Of a DNA stretch of 64,000 bases, positions 14,524 through 29,087 are shown piece after piece. The notes under the pieces are model-generated. The model worked only from the letters and a program-made list of their open reading frames with translations. It did no database searches and was not told where the DNA came from. The position numbers were made by a program, and so were the translations under genes. Source of the DNA: Eledone cirrhosa (taxonomy: Eukaryota); the NCBI GenBank assembly GCA_964016885.1, contig OZ024753.1, positions 46,314,001 to 46,378,000 of the forward strand, in the 5' to 3' direction. Position 1 is the first letter of the stretch. The number at the start of each line of letters is the position of its first letter.

Positions 14524-14850
14524 ATAAATCAGGAAAGAAGGTTGACATGGTTTGCTATACAAAAAAGGTTTTTAATCTCATAGCTGACAATTGTTTCTCT
14601 GAACTGGTAGGTCTAGAGATCGCTATTCGCTTATTTTCACGTTACTCGATCGCCAATACAAAATTATAACCAGTCATTCTCGCATGCTCCGAAGAACTGA
14701 CTGGTTATAATTTTGTATTGGCGATCGAGTAACGTGAAAATAAGCGAATAGCGATCTCTAGACCTACCAGTTCAGAGAAACAATTGTCAGCTATGAGATT
14801 AAAAACCTTTTTTGTATAGCAAACCATGTCAACCTTCTTTCCTGATTTAT
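14524..14850. repeat. Perfect fold-back inverted repeat, 153-bp arms, ending in (TA)n
   Basis: 14524-14676 is the reverse complement of 14698-14850; 21-nt spacer. Confidence 0.95.
14683..14795 (+). ncRNA. Type I hammerhead motif with long stem II insertion (U4C variant)
   Basis: catgct-CCGAAGA-A-CTGACTGGT...ACCAGTTCAG-A-GAAA-CAATTG-TC-agctatg. Stem I catgct/agc(t)atg, palindrome ACAATTGT. Confidence 0.7.
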
Positions 14851-16717
14851 ATATATATATATATATATATATTCTACTTCGGTATTGAGTATTCTTTTCT
14901 GTCAGCCGTCAACCACATACGGTTATATATACCTTCAACAATATATATATTATTGAAGGCATGTGATAAATGGCTGTCGAAGTAATTCATGTATATAATG
15001 ACATAAAAACAAAAACAAAAGAATATCATCGTTGATGATAACAGATTTGATATCATTACAAAGGTAGTGTTTCAATCAGTATCCGCTATTTTCTGACATT
15101 AGTTAATCCCAAACACATCAACGTTTTAGGCTCGTATGTGTATGCTTCAGTGAGTGTGCGTTTGAGTGTCTATGCTTGAATGTATGAGCATGTTTGTGTG
15201 TGGATGTTTGTGAGTATGCTTGAGTGTATGCTTGAGTGTATGTGTACGCGTGCGGATGCCTGTATGTGTTTTTGTTATTTTAGCTTTTATTTTTTATATA
15301 ACAAATTCTAAATCTGGGGATAAAACAATAAACGTGAATCATAGGAAAAAACAAAATTAAGCTACAAAAGAAAATAATGAATTGTGGTCATTCATAAGAA
15401 GCACAGGGTGCTGTCAAGCAGGATTAAAACAACCGACATTGTTTTTGTTGTTGTTTAAATATTTATGGCGATTTTGTTCTACGATGTGTGGAATTTAAAT
15501 TTTCATTACGCTTCAGGAATACTAAATTGCGATACTCATACAATATTAAATCAGTGCACTTGAACAAGAGGACAGTGAAGAATTTATAATAAAATATCAG
15601 GAACTGATTCTATAGAAATACTAACTTCCACGTCAGTTATATCATATTATATTATATTACATTATTTCTATTACAAAGCAGCAACAATAATGAATTTCGA
15701 TGAATTTTCAAAATATATCAACATTATTCGTCGTTTTTGATATTTTATGTATATATATATATATATAGATAGATATAGATAGATATAGATATATATCGTA
15801 TATAGCTGTAATAAAAAAAATCCACAAAAATGCAACAAATAATAACAAACAATAACAATAATAATAATCATTTTTTTCTTTTTTTTTTCCTAAATCCTTA
15901 CTGACGCAGTCTGTGGATTGTCCTGTGGGTTTCGGCCCTTGTGGCCAACAAAGAAATAATCATAATAATTATTATTATATTTGTAAAAATATTACAAGCT
16001 TTTTTTTTTCTAAATTACAAAGGGGGGGGGGGAATAGTTGATTCAATCGACCCCAGTGCATTACTGGTACGTTATTTTATCGACCCCTTAAGGATGAAAG
16101 GCGTAGCTAACCTTGGCTTGATTTGAAACAGAACATAAGAAGAAGGAGAAGGAGTAAGAGTGGGAGAAGGAGGAGGAAGAAGAATGCGGGTATGACTACA
16201 CACAAGCTTCAATTGGGGTAAGTTTTTATCGAATTTCACTTGTTTAGACTGACTGTGGTCAACAAAAAGTAACACTTCCATAAGTGACCAGGAATGTACT
16301 GGAAAGGTCAAAATTATGTTTCCCCGATCAACTGATTCTTAAATCTCATTCAAAATTCATATTTTTCTTTAATGTTTTCGAAAGATCAAAATGGCTAGCC
16401 TGTATTTTATATTCTGATTTGGACAAGGCAGCAGTGGATTAACTAGAAGAAAATGAACCCCCTAGAGATCAGTAAAACAGCAACAGAGTATGAAACCTGA
16501 CCCCCAAAAAGTCAGAGAATAGTAAAACAGGAATGAAAGAAAGCAATAGTTGATATGGCCAGCAACATCAGCTACAACATCAACAACAACCCCAGCAGCC
16601 CCCACTACATCAACATTACTGCCACAAGAAAAATACTCCATCATATCAGCAATCACCACACAATACTACTACTACTACTAATAAGAAATTATCAATATAT
16701 GGTTCTTATGTTTAATA

Positions 16718-16888
16718 ATAATTGTTTCTACTTTAGGCACAAGGCCAGCAATTAACCAGTGTATTACTGGTACTTTATTTTATCGACCCCATAAGGATGA
16801 AAGGCAAATTTAACCTCAGCGGGATTTGAACTCAGATCATAAAGGGACCAAAGCATGGTGTCTGACTCTCTACCGATACTGCCAATCC
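16718..16888 (-). mobile_element. SINE family A
   Basis: Reverse complement of 4372-4554 with small deletions. Confidence 0.85.
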
Positions 16889-17423
16889 AATGATTTCATT
16901 TATTGGCCTAGGGCCGACATGTAGGGGACATAAGTGAGATTATGTTCACATATTTTGCCCCAACCTGCAAAGAATTCATTTTTGTCGATTTTTTTAAAAT
17001 TGGTTTCTCTTTTTTTTTTAGTTTTTGTTCTCAAAGAATTTTCTCTTGATTTTAAGTGTCTGCACATATTCACATATACTACAGCAGTTCTCTACCCTTG
17101 CTTGCCTCCCCTCTCTCTTTCCAAAAGACTTGAAAGGGAGAGGAAATGGAAAGATATAAATAAACTGACATAGTGACCCCTTCAGATTCAGAATGGGATT
17201 TTGAACATCAACATCAGAATGATAGATGTGAAACCACATTGGCAGCATCAACATTAACAATACTCATGTCCTCCACCAACAATAGAACTCCCCACTGTAG
17301 AAAAAAGCCCCATCACCACCAGCACAGCCAACAACAACAACAACAAAGGCAACATCAACAACAACAATGGCCACAAGTATATTATAATGATAACAATAAA
17401 AAACCTGTGACCAAAAAATACTG

Positions 17424-19103
17424 TGTTATGATGAGCAATTGCAAGGTCTATTATCCACTGTGAAACAGTTCAGTGATGATATTAAAATGGAGTTTGGACT
17501 AGATAAATGCGCCAAAGCCACGTTCGTCAGAGGAAAGCTGCTGAAAAATTCAGACATTAATCTTGATCAAGAGAATGTGAAAAGAGAACTTGATCAAGAA
17601 GAAACTTATAAATGTCTAGGTGTTTGTGAAGGAGACACAATCAAGCACTTGACAATGAAGGAAAGGATAAGGAAGGAATGTTACCGCTGAGTAGGAACAA
17701 TTCTAAGATTGGAGTTAAATGCAAGGAATAGGATCGATGCCGTAAACACGCTTGCCATACCAGTAGTAACCTAGTTTCAATGTCATCAACTGGTCAAGCA
17801 CAGAAATCCGTAGGCTCGATATGAAAATTAGAAAATTCTTAACCATGCACAGTATGCATCACCCTAATGCAGATACAGATAGAATATATGTCTCGAGGAA
17901 AGAAGGAGAACATGGATTAATCCAGTTAAATATTTCTTTAAAAACTGCAATAATTGGATTATCCACATATCTAAGAGAAGCACATGATTGGATGATCAAA
18001 CTTGTTTTGAAACATGAAAACAACAAAAGATCATACTCCATTACAAAAGATGCACAAAGATACAGTAATGAACTATAAATTTCAGAAGTTCCTTTTACTG
18101 CTGAACTGAAAAACACAGAAAAAGCAAAGCAGGTAAAAGTAACTGCAAAGAAAGAACTGCTACAGAAACTGGTTAAGAAATGACAAGAAAAGCCTCTGTA
18201 TGGAAAATACCCACAAAGAGCTAACAATCCTGATGTTGACAAAACTTTAACCCATCAGTGGTTGGCATCCTCTGGTCCAAAATTGGAGACTGAAGGACAG
18301 ATTATATCAGCACAAGATCAGTGTCTGCCAACAAAAAATTATCAAGCCAACATCATAAAAAATGGATGCAACCCATTATGCCATGCATGTAAAAAACATC
18401 CCGAGACCATTGATCATATAATTTCAATGTGCAGTCCTATAGCTTCAACCGAATAACTTAACAGGCATGACAGATCTGCACAATACATACATTGGATAAT
18501 GTGTAAGCATTTTGACCTGCCCCATCGAAAGAATGGGTGGGAGCATCAACCACCTCCCGTACTTGAAAAAGGTCACATTTCAATTCTGTGGCATTTAGTG
18601 TCCAAACAGACCAAAAAATAGATGCAAATAGACTTGATATAATACTGAAGGAGTTTAAAAAGAGGGTATGCCTGCTAATTGACATGACTGTTCCTATAGA
18701 CAAGAATGTATCGATAAAAACATTTGAAAAATTGAGCCAATATAAAGACCTGGAAATAGAGATTGAAAAAATGTGGAAGTTGAGAGCTAAAACAATACTA
18801 GTGGTTGTAGGTGCTCTAGGAATAATACCTAAGGGGTCTAATGATTACTTATCCCAAATCCCAGGAAACCCGCATATAGAAGAAATATTTAAAAAAAGTA
18901 CTAATGGGTACTGCCCATATACTAAGGAAGATTCTGTTGATATAAGTATATCACAAATATAAACACCTAAAGATACATGTGTGTGTGTGTGTGTTCTTTC
19001 TGGAACATGGCAGACCTTGCTGTCTCTTGAGGTCACTAGTTGTGACTTGGTGATAACTCATATGAACATAAAGCAAGATAAATGAAATGATAATAATAAT
19101 AAT
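17424..19103 (+). mobile_element. 5'-truncated, decayed non-LTR retrotransposon with RT end, CCHC finger and restriction-like endonuclease (R4/Dong-like)
   Basis: Consecutive broken ORFs: FSDDIKMEFGLDKCAK, ETYKCLG, QIISAQDQCL, CHAC..ETIDHIISMC, RLDII..LIDMTVP..EKLSQYKDL..VVVGALG. Ends in (taa)n. Confidence 0.85.
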
Positions 19104-19506
19104 TGCAGTACAATCCAAAGAGAGGGTCAGTGAGGATTTTTAAAAAGACGAAAAAATTCAAAAAGTGTAAATAAATAACACATAATATACAATATAATTA
19201 TAACAATAAAATGTCCTTAATGGAGAGAAGCACCCAGGGGTGTTATAGGAATCCCACCGATACTAAATAACCCTACTCTCCAAGGGCACCTTAGAAGGGC
19301 ACCCCTTCTCTCTAAACTCTCTAGCCTACAGACCCATGGTCAGAGTAGGCCCATTTACCCGGGCCATCCTCGCTACATTCACCTACCTGTGAAAGCAAAA
19401 ATAGTTGATTTTATGATAAGAGAAACTCCCTACCTGACATGGCATCTTTTCTTGTATTCAAGAGTTCTGTAATATAAATAATTGCTCAATATTCAGTGCT
19501 GAGTTT

Positions 19507-19786
19507 AGCAGTTTGGTGATCATTAAAACATTGAACTGAGTCAAATTTTTATTCACATGAATAACACCTCTGACATATATGATATTAACACCTTCCACAT
19601 ATCAAGGTTTTTGTCATTACACCACTTTGTATTATTACCATTACAGTTTCTGGTATTAATACAAAGTGATATAATGAGGGAAAGCTTGATATGTGAAGGG
19701 TATTAAATGTCAGGTATTTTAGAGGTGTCATTCATATTAATATATATATGTGGTTCATTCAATGTTATAATTATCAACAAATTGCT
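19507..19786. repeat. Decayed fold-back inverted repeat, about 135-bp arms
   Basis: cactttgtattattacca/tggtattaatacaaagtg; atgaataacacctct/agaggtgtcattcat; loop 19641-19650. Confidence 0.8.
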
Positions 19787-21717
19787 GACATTGTGGTGAA
19801 ACAAAACTGGGTCACACTGTCACATATTTTTCCAGCTATTCAACATCAACATGTATATAAAATCAATATTATATATTCGATAGGATAATTAACATCCCAA
19901 GTTTTCATGTATCTAAATCGTAATATTGAAAAATAATAGCTGTCGTCTTATTTTCAACAAGAATTAATATCACGCATGACAAAATATAAATCGAACAACT
20001 AGTAAATGATGTCTGTTACATAGATTTGTGTAGGTATATAGATAGACACATATATAAAAATGTATAAATATATATATACATATACACACACAAACATACC
20101 TTTTACATACATATATATATATAAGTTATTCCGGGTTGATGATTTCTCATGAATGAAACAGTTCTAGTCCTGTAGAAGCTCTTCTATATTAAAACATATA
20201 TATATATATATATATACACATAAACATATATATATATATATGTACATCTATTTAGCTCTTTCTCTCTCTCTATTATATATATATATATATATATGTATGC
20301 TTGTGTATGTCTATGAATATATATTTTTATATATATATATATATAGTAGTGAAGATAATAAAAAGATCATATATAATTCTAATCACAATTACATATCTCA
20401 ATCTTAACTGGATTTCATCAGTGTAATGTTGAATTCAAATTACAGATATTAGGCGGCGGAAGATGGAGGCAAGGAGCGGAGTGTTAACATGATACACTTA
20501 AATATGGCTGCAATTGGCACAAGGAGAAAATTACTTGAACATAGAAGTTTGAATTGGTGAAAGATTATGTATTAATTATACAAATGTTTATCAAGTCTAT
20601 GATTTAAGAAATGGATGTAGAATTATGAAAAGGCACCTTCTGACTTCTCTCTCTGTGTTAATGACCACCAGTCTGTTAGTTAAAAGAAAATCAATTAGAT
20701 GAAACTTAATATAAATGTTGTTGGTCGATAGTAGATAATTTTAAAATGAGTCAGATGCAATGAAACTATTTCTTCTATTGATCTGTTCCGTTACAGAAAA
20801 CAGTGACAGGGACAAAGATAGATCGATACGTGTGTATGGTATAGGGTTACAACAAAAATAGATCGATTACAATAATGATTACAATGAATATATTATATTT
20901 TCAGCAGGACACAGCAATTGATAAATGTGGAATATATGAGAAAGACAACAATAGGGGATCAGAGGAATGACAGATTGGTCATAACTTGAGCAAAATCCAA
21001 TGTAATAAACGCTACAAATATCATAGATCGATATTGGGGAAAGCTATAAATTAGGTGGGAGATCGATAATGAAAGAAATCTTCTGATTACATAGCTATGA
21101 TAAAGTCTATGAGTAAATCAAATTCATGCTATAGAGAATATATTTATGGCAGAGAACAAAGAATAGCTCCCTATGGATAACAAATAAAGCCCCTATTTTA
21201 TATCGGTAATAAAACCTCTGACAGACTCGTGTTGATATACTCACCTAGTTCTCTCTGCTGAAAAATATATTTTATTTTTATAACATTAAGCAGGAATATT
21301 TGTCAAATTTTAATTTTCACAAACGGGACACCATAACTTGATTGCTAAAAATAGAGGCCAAATCACGGACTACAGGGATTTTTTTAATCTCCTAAACAGG
21401 AGAGCATATTGAATGGTGTAATCCGAGACAAAGCAAGAACAACAACAAGAACACCAACAAATTGATTATATTAAATAAACCTGTGTAACAGTATCTACAG
21501 CCAAATCAAACTTGGATCAATGAAGTAAATATTGTAACCTACTATGAAGAATTTTAAAAACTACTACTACCACTAATATTACTACTGCTAGTAGTACTAC
21601 CACTACTATTACTACTAGTAGTAGTACTACTACTACAACAATGACTACTGTAGCAAATAAATATTTCTTTATTGACCACAAGGGCCAAAACCTAAAGAAC
21701 AATACAAATAAAATACT

Positions 21718-21942
21718 TTAACCCTTTAGCATTCACATTATTTTATATATACTATATTTTAATGGTAAAGGCTTTACCTCACATAATTATCCCATATAAT
21801 ATCGAATCTATGAGATTTTGAAAGTATTTATTTTGAAAACAATACCTTAACATCAGTTTGAGCGACCAGTTACAGCCAGTTTCAACAGGAGGAGGTAGAG
21901 AATTCTGGCCGGTTTTGGCCGGTTTGAACACTAAAGAGTTAA
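21718..21942. mobile_element. piggyBac-type MITE
   Basis: TTAA-CCCTTTAGCATTCA...TGAACACTAAAGAG-TTAA: imperfect TIRs with TTAA target duplication. Confidence 0.65.
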
Positions 21943-22245
21943 ACCTGTAGATGAGTTAACTTCGAAGGTTAAAATATTTTAAAATCTGACAAAGATTCCA
22001 TGAGGATCAATGATGAGTGAATATGGAGAGAGAAGAAGAATGAACTATGTTCACTTCCTAAATACTTGTTTAACTTTATTCTGCAGCAGACAGGAACTTC
22101 ACTGACATACCCATTGTAGGCAGTATAACATTGATATTAACTGTATATATAAACAATCAATGCTCAGAACTGAACTCACATTGATTATGTTTATATATAT
22201 ATATGTATGTGTGTCTGATGGTAGCTAAGATGCTTCCATAGGCGG

Positions 22246-22279
<34 letters not shown>

Positions 22280-22288
22280 CATGAAAGA

Positions 22289-22323
<35 letters not shown>

Positions 22324-22384
22324 CAAACAACATACATATAACATACATATATATATATATATGTGTGTGTGTGTGCATGAAAGA

Positions 22385-22433
<49 letters not shown>

Positions 22434-22533
22434 AACAACATACATATAACATATATATATATATACACAAATATAAATATATTTATACACATACATATAA
22501 CATATGTATATATACAAATATATATATATATGT

Positions 22534-22763
22534 ATGACCGATGGGTGAAGAAGTGCCAGGAATTGCCAGTTGAAGGAAGACGTGGTAGAGGTAGACCACG
22601 AAAAACATGGGCGGAGGTGGTGAGAACAGACCTCAGATCATTGAAGCTCACGGTGGAGATGACGAGGGACCGTGAGGAGTGGAGAGATGCTGTGCTGAAT
22701 AAGACCCGTCCCACCCTTGCAAGCAGGGAAGAGCGGACGTAAAATGATGATGATGATAATGAT
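22534..22763 (+). mobile_element. RTE-clade LINE 3' end
   Basis: [31 protein letters not shown], then an (atg)n tail. Confidence 0.8.
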
Positions 22764-22823
22764 ATGTTTTTGCTTGTATGTAGGTATTATATATATATAT
22801 ATATGTTTTTGTGTGTATGTATG

Positions 22824-22862
<39 letters not shown>

Positions 22863-23065
22863 ATTGTGTGTATGTATGTATTATATATATATATGTTTTT
22901 GTGTGTATGTATGTATTATATATATATATATATATATATGTTATTGTGTGTGTATGTATGTATTATATATATTATATATATATATATATATGTTTTTGTG
23001 TGTATGTATGTATTATATATATATATATATAAAAATATATATATATGTTTTTGTGTGTATGTATG

Positions 23066-23105
<40 letters not shown>

Positions 23106-23429
23106 TTATATAATTTTTGTGTGTATGTGTATATATGTATGTATCATATATATATATATCTATATATATTATCAACTTTCCTTTGTCTTCTATATTTTTC
23201 TTTCTATTTTTAACCTTTCATCTCTATTTTATTTTTATTTTATTATTCGATTATTTGAGAAGATTTTTTTAGTTGCAGTATTTTTCTGTGTATATCGAAT
23301 ATTTTAACAAAACTATTCTGAAAGGAAAAGAATTGAGAAAAACTGCTAATTAGTGGTGATAATTAAACCCTATGGGAAAGAGAGAGCTGTCACTGATCTT
23401 CAATGCTACATCTACCACACTGTTACCAA

Positions 23430-24030
23430 CATCACCATACTGTCAGTACCACCACCACCACCACCACAATATCACCACCAACATCACCACACTATTGCCA
23501 GCAACACCATCACTGTCACCACTGCCACTATCACCACCACCATCACCACCACCACCATCATCACCACCATCATCACCACACTATTGCCAGCAACACCATC
23601 ACTGTCACCACTGCCACTATCACCACCACCATCATCACCACCAACATCACCACACTATTGCCAGCAACACCATCACTGTCACCACTGCCACCACCATCAC
23701 CACCATCATCACCACACTATTGCCAGCAACACCATCACTGTCACCACTGCCACCACCATCATCACCACCAACATCACCACACTATTGCCAGCAACACCAT
23801 CACTGCCACCACCATCATCACCACCAACAGCACCACACTATTGCCACCACCACCATCACTGTCACCACTGCCACCATCACCAACACCATCATCACCACCA
23901 ACACCACCACCAAAACCATCACCACCACCACCGCCACCATCACCACCACCATCACTGTCACCACCACCACCACTGTCACCAAAACCATCACCACCACCAC
24001 CACCACTGTCACCAACACCACTATCATCAA
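23430..24030. repeat. CAC-based cryptic minisatellite
   Basis: Repeated catcaccacactattgccagcaacaccatcactgtcaccactgcca units. Confidence 0.9.
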
Positions 24031-24154
24031 CATTGTCATTCTCGTTATCATTATCACAAAATAATTCCATCTATGATGAGGTCACCAATAATTACTCTTG
24101 TGAATCACGTCAGCATCATTTTCTCATCACTACCACCATTATCTTTATCGCCAT

Positions 24155-24273
24155 TCTGAGTTCAAATCCCGCCGAGGTTAACTTTGCCTTTCATCCTTAC
24201 GGGGTCGATAAAATAAAGTACCAGTAACGTACTGGGTAATTGCTGGCCTTGTGCCAAAAAGTAGAAACAATTA
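24155..24273 (+). mobile_element. SINE family A, 5'-truncated
   Basis: Runs from tctgagttcaaatcccgccgagg to agtagaaacaatt. Confidence 0.8.
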
Positions 24274-24720
24274 TATATATATATATATAAACATTGTCAC
24301 AAACATCATGACCATCATCAACATGTTCAGTAACATCATCATCAGCAGCAGCAGTGTCTTTAGTGACATTATCATCATCATCTTCAGGTTTAGTAGCAAC
24401 AAGAACAATACCAACAACATCACCAACAGCAACAATAACAACATTAACAATAACAACAACAACAACAACACCAACACCAACAACAACAGCAACAATAACA
24501 ACATCACCAACAACAACATCACCAACAACATCACCAACAACAACAACAACAACACCAACACCATCACCAACAATAATAACAACAACACCAATAACTACAA
24601 CAAAAACAACAGCAATAAAACAATGGTAACTGAAAGAATATTGATGTTGAATGATTTGATGAGCAGAAAATATTAAAATGTAGGAAGATATCTAAAGAAA
24701 GAAAAGACTAATGAGACAAA

Positions 24721-24858
24721 GACAATAATATAGTCACTTGGATATGCTAGACATAGTAGCTGAACTTCCCTCAAATAACACATATGAAGCAGATAATGAC
24801 AATAATATAGTCACTTGGATATGCTAGACATAGTAGCTGAACTTCCTTCAAATAACAC
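24721..24858. repeat. Local tandem duplication, 77-bp period
   Basis: gacaataatatagtcacttggatatgctagacatagtagctgaacttcc at 24721 and 24798. Confidence 0.9.
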
Positions 24859-26454
24859 CTTTTACAAACGGAAAAATATAGTTAAAAGTGCATTCAGACT
24901 AATGAGATCTAGATATACTGTTCATGAAACAAGGACGAGATGGTCATGAGTGGAAAAATACAGGGAGAAAGAGAGACTGTAAATTAGCCCTCAACCTAGT
25001 TTTTTATAGTGTGTGAGTAACAATAAAACAGGGAATTGTTTATAGGGAAGACTAGATACCAATACTGTGTGCATCTTATGCTTTTAAAAGACTTACTCGA
25101 AATTTTGAACTTCTCTCACAAAATCCAGTTAGGGTCCACTACTAAACAGTAGAATATACGCTATCTCAAGTAAATGTTACCCAACCCACAAAATCAACAA
25201 AGACCCTTAACTAGTAATGGACCCCTGTTGTATTTTGAAGGACCCTAAATTATAAACTGTGACCTAACTTTAGGATATACACCATGAGAAATGAAATTCA
25301 CCTATCTCAGAGATGGACACTATACTATGTAACCCCTGACTAACCATTAGGACACATCACCCCACTGGTATAAACCACATTTAGTCACCCTGCCAAAAAC
25401 ATACAAAACAATACCAACCATCCACCCAGCTAGCCATCCAACTATGTGGTCACATGAAGATTGACATTCATTGACCTAGTTATCTGTGGCCTTTATTGAT
25501 GATACAGCTTGTATTTATTGAATCAGACACAAGATTGCTTAGCCCTGCTGTTCTTTCATCTTCTAGTCTCTAATGGAAACATGACGTAAACACCAACGAC
25601 TAATTACTCTGTGTTGACCTCAAACAACCAACAAAAACCATCCAATTATTTTGCTTTGATTAATCACTTTTAATAAACAAATTCTCTGTTTGTGCATGTA
25701 TGTGTGTGTGTGTTCTTTTTTTTTTGTTTTGTTGCAGTTGATATTGTTGTTGTTTGCTGTCTTCATTATTGATGTTCTTCATGTTATTGTTATTTGATGA
25801 TGATGAAGTATTTATTTGTTCTTTTCTACATTCATTTATTATTATTAGTCATTTCTATAGTGCATCGTCATTGCATTACCGAGCACAGCTGTGTGTGCCT
25901 TGGGTATGTGCAAAGAACTCAGCTGGTGGACAGTTCCCTCCTACACATGACAGTAGTCCTTCAAATGACATAACTTTACAAGTTATCAATGCTGATGGAT
26001 TGAATGAGTGCGTAGATGATGTTTATGTCACCCAGCGCACATCTTAAACAGTCCTTCCCTACCTGCAGAATATTTACAGTACCGGCATCCCTCGACATTA
26101 GTAGCACTGCCAGACATGACATTTCTGAAAATTTAACAGAGGTGCTCAACCGAATATCTCCCGGAAGACACCAACCAGTTGATTTTTGGTGATGCCCTGT
26201 GTCTCCTGAAAACCTCCATACTCATTGGTAATTGATACTCTCTTCCGAGTGCGTTGTTACACACATACATATCTGCTATATCAAGCGTTAACCTAATATA
26301 CCCCTTCCATATACTGTACCAATTGTGTTGTTATTTCTGTTTCCCTTTTACATATATATACATACATATATATACATACATGTCCGAAAAAATGTATACA
26401 CACTTTGATCAGAATGCTTTCGAATTGTGTATACATTCTGGGGGACATATATAT

Positions 26455-26620
26455 ATATATATCATAAAACATGTCTATAGAATCACCAGATAAAATATAT
26501 ACTGTTTCCTCTCCCAATTAGCATAATTAACCATTTTTTATATGGTTAATTATGCTAATTGGAAGAGGAAATGGTATATATTTTATCTGGTGATTCTATA
26601 GACATGTTTTGTGATATATA
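26455..26620. repeat. Fold-back inverted repeat, about 80-bp arms, starting in (TA)n
   Basis: atcataaaacatgtctatagaatcaccagataaaat...ccat vs atgg...attttatctggtgattctatagacatgttttgtgat; few mismatches, about 7-nt loop. Confidence 0.9.
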
Positions 26621-26785
26621 GCTCTGATTGTTTAATTTATTAATTCTTCATTGAGCCACAAAGTGACCCGTTGCAAAACACGTATATATTTATGACTTTA
26701 TATATACATATATGTAAACCTTTATATATATATATATATAATATATATATAATATATATATATATAATATATATATATATATAAT

Positions 26786-26934
26786 CCATGCTTTCCAGCA
26801 TAGTTACGTCCCTTTACGATCTGAGTTCAAATCCCGCCGAGGTTGACTTTGCCTTTCATCCTTACGGGGTCGATAAAATAAAGTACCAGTAATGTACTGG
26901 GTAATTGCTGGCCTTGTGCCTAAAGTAGAAACAA
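26786..26934 (+). mobile_element. SINE family A, 5'-truncated, inside a TA tract
   Basis: Matches 4403-4548. Confidence 0.85.
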
Positions 26935-27043
26935 ATATATATAATATATATATATATATATAATATATATAATATATATAATATATATAATATATATATA
27001 TATTATATATATATATATATATTATATATATATATATATATAA

Positions 27044-27083
<40 letters not shown>

Positions 27084-27089
27084 TATATA

Positions 27090-27173
<84 letters not shown>

Positions 27174-27343
27174 TATAATTGGATGAAAGTGCACACAGCC
27201 TATATTTCTAGTATTATACAGTTTATAACAATAAATATGTGTACCAGTTTAAATTGCTGACAAACACCAAACTCCAATTAGTTCAGGTTACTGTTGCTGA
27301 ATCTGTATATGATAATGTTACATTGAGCATGAATGATACATAA

Positions 27344-27374
<31 letters not shown>

Positions 27375-27633
27375 AGCAGCAGCAGCAATAAACTACTGTA
27401 ACACAATAAACAGGAAGTACAATTGCAAAACATATAACACATAACCAATATAATTAATTGAAATATTAACAATAGTATTGACTTTCACTAGTAAATGGCA
27501 GGGAATATAGCTCTATCTCTATTGTTGTTTCCAAGGAAACTCATCAAGGGCTCTTTACTTTTTTATTTTTCTTATGAATTAGTAAGAGAATTTAGGGCTA
27601 CGCCCCAGACACTATTTACTTCATCTGAGACTG

Positions 27634-27674
<41 letters not shown>

Positions 27675-27832
27675 TATACATATATGTATGTACATATATA
27701 TATATATATGTATGTACATATATATATACATACATATATATATATATACACATACATATATATATACACATACATATATATATATATACACATACATATA
27801 TATATATACACATATATATATATACACATACA

Positions 27833-27873
<41 letters not shown>

Positions 27874-27925
27874 GTATATATATATATATGTATATATATG
27901 TATATGTATATATATGTATATATAC

Positions 27926-27994
<69 letters not shown>

Positions 27995-28133
27995 CATATA
28001 TATATATACATATATATATACATATATATATACATATATATATATACATACATATATATATATACATACATATATACATACATATATACATACATATACA
28101 TACATATATATATATACATATATATATATATAC

Positions 28134-28164
<31 letters not shown>

Positions 28165-28165
28165 C

Positions 28166-28198
<33 letters not shown>

Positions 28199-28222
28199 CA
28201 CATACATACATATATATATATA
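27634..28222. repeat. Compound (TA)n/(TACA)n array
   Basis: Direct observation. Confidence 0.95.
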
Positions 28223-29025
28223 TAAAAGAGAGTTATTTTTCTCTAATATAATCAGACATCTCAACAAAAAGATTAAAACTTCAACTCAGAGAAATAATTA
28301 TACATTAAACTTTAGCTAAAATCTTGATTAGGAAGTTACATGTTAGACAAACTAGGCTAGTGTCACTCATATAATGCCAACTGCAGTTTCTAATATTAAG
28401 AATCATTGCTATTTATGTCAATAAATTAAGACAACCAATATTGGAAGAATTATTCCATCTTGAGGTGGAAATTTTTTGGAAGTAGAGAAAATATTGAATA
28501 AATAGAATACAGACCATGTTCTTGTCGAAATAGCATGGTGTGTCCAACAGCGTATGCCATTGAATTACTAAAAGAACATATATATCAAGACAAGCTTTTA
28601 ATGACGCTAGAAATAGTACCGAAAAACCGTCTAAATCTAAACAACAATGAAGAGAGAGAGAGAGAAAGAGAGTGTGTGTTGCTAGGTGTGACAACTGAGA
28701 AGACCACAAATCTGAGATGTCCTTGGTGGGATGCAGTTGGGTAGATAGATATACAGACAGACAAATAGATAGATAGAGGGTGGGAGAGACAGCTAGAGCG
28801 AGAGAGAAAGAGTTAGTCAGCCTGTATTACATAGATTCATCAGAAATATATACGCATGACATCATGATTTGACTACCTTCGAGATAACAAAACTAGCGAG
28901 ATGAAGAAAATTTGTTCCAATACACACCTAGATATATAAAAGAATCCACACACAAATATATGTGTGTGATAGCATACATATATATATACATATACATATA
29001 TATACATATATATACATATATATAC

Positions 29026-29087
<62 letters not shown>

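Noticed and set aside
23353-24676. Pro/His/Thr/Asn-rich ORFs
   Set aside because: Trinucleotide minisatellite read-through into a SINE.
27495-28319. YI/HT-rich ORFs
   Set aside because: (TA)/(TACA) microsatellite artefacts, like most other ORF-track entries.
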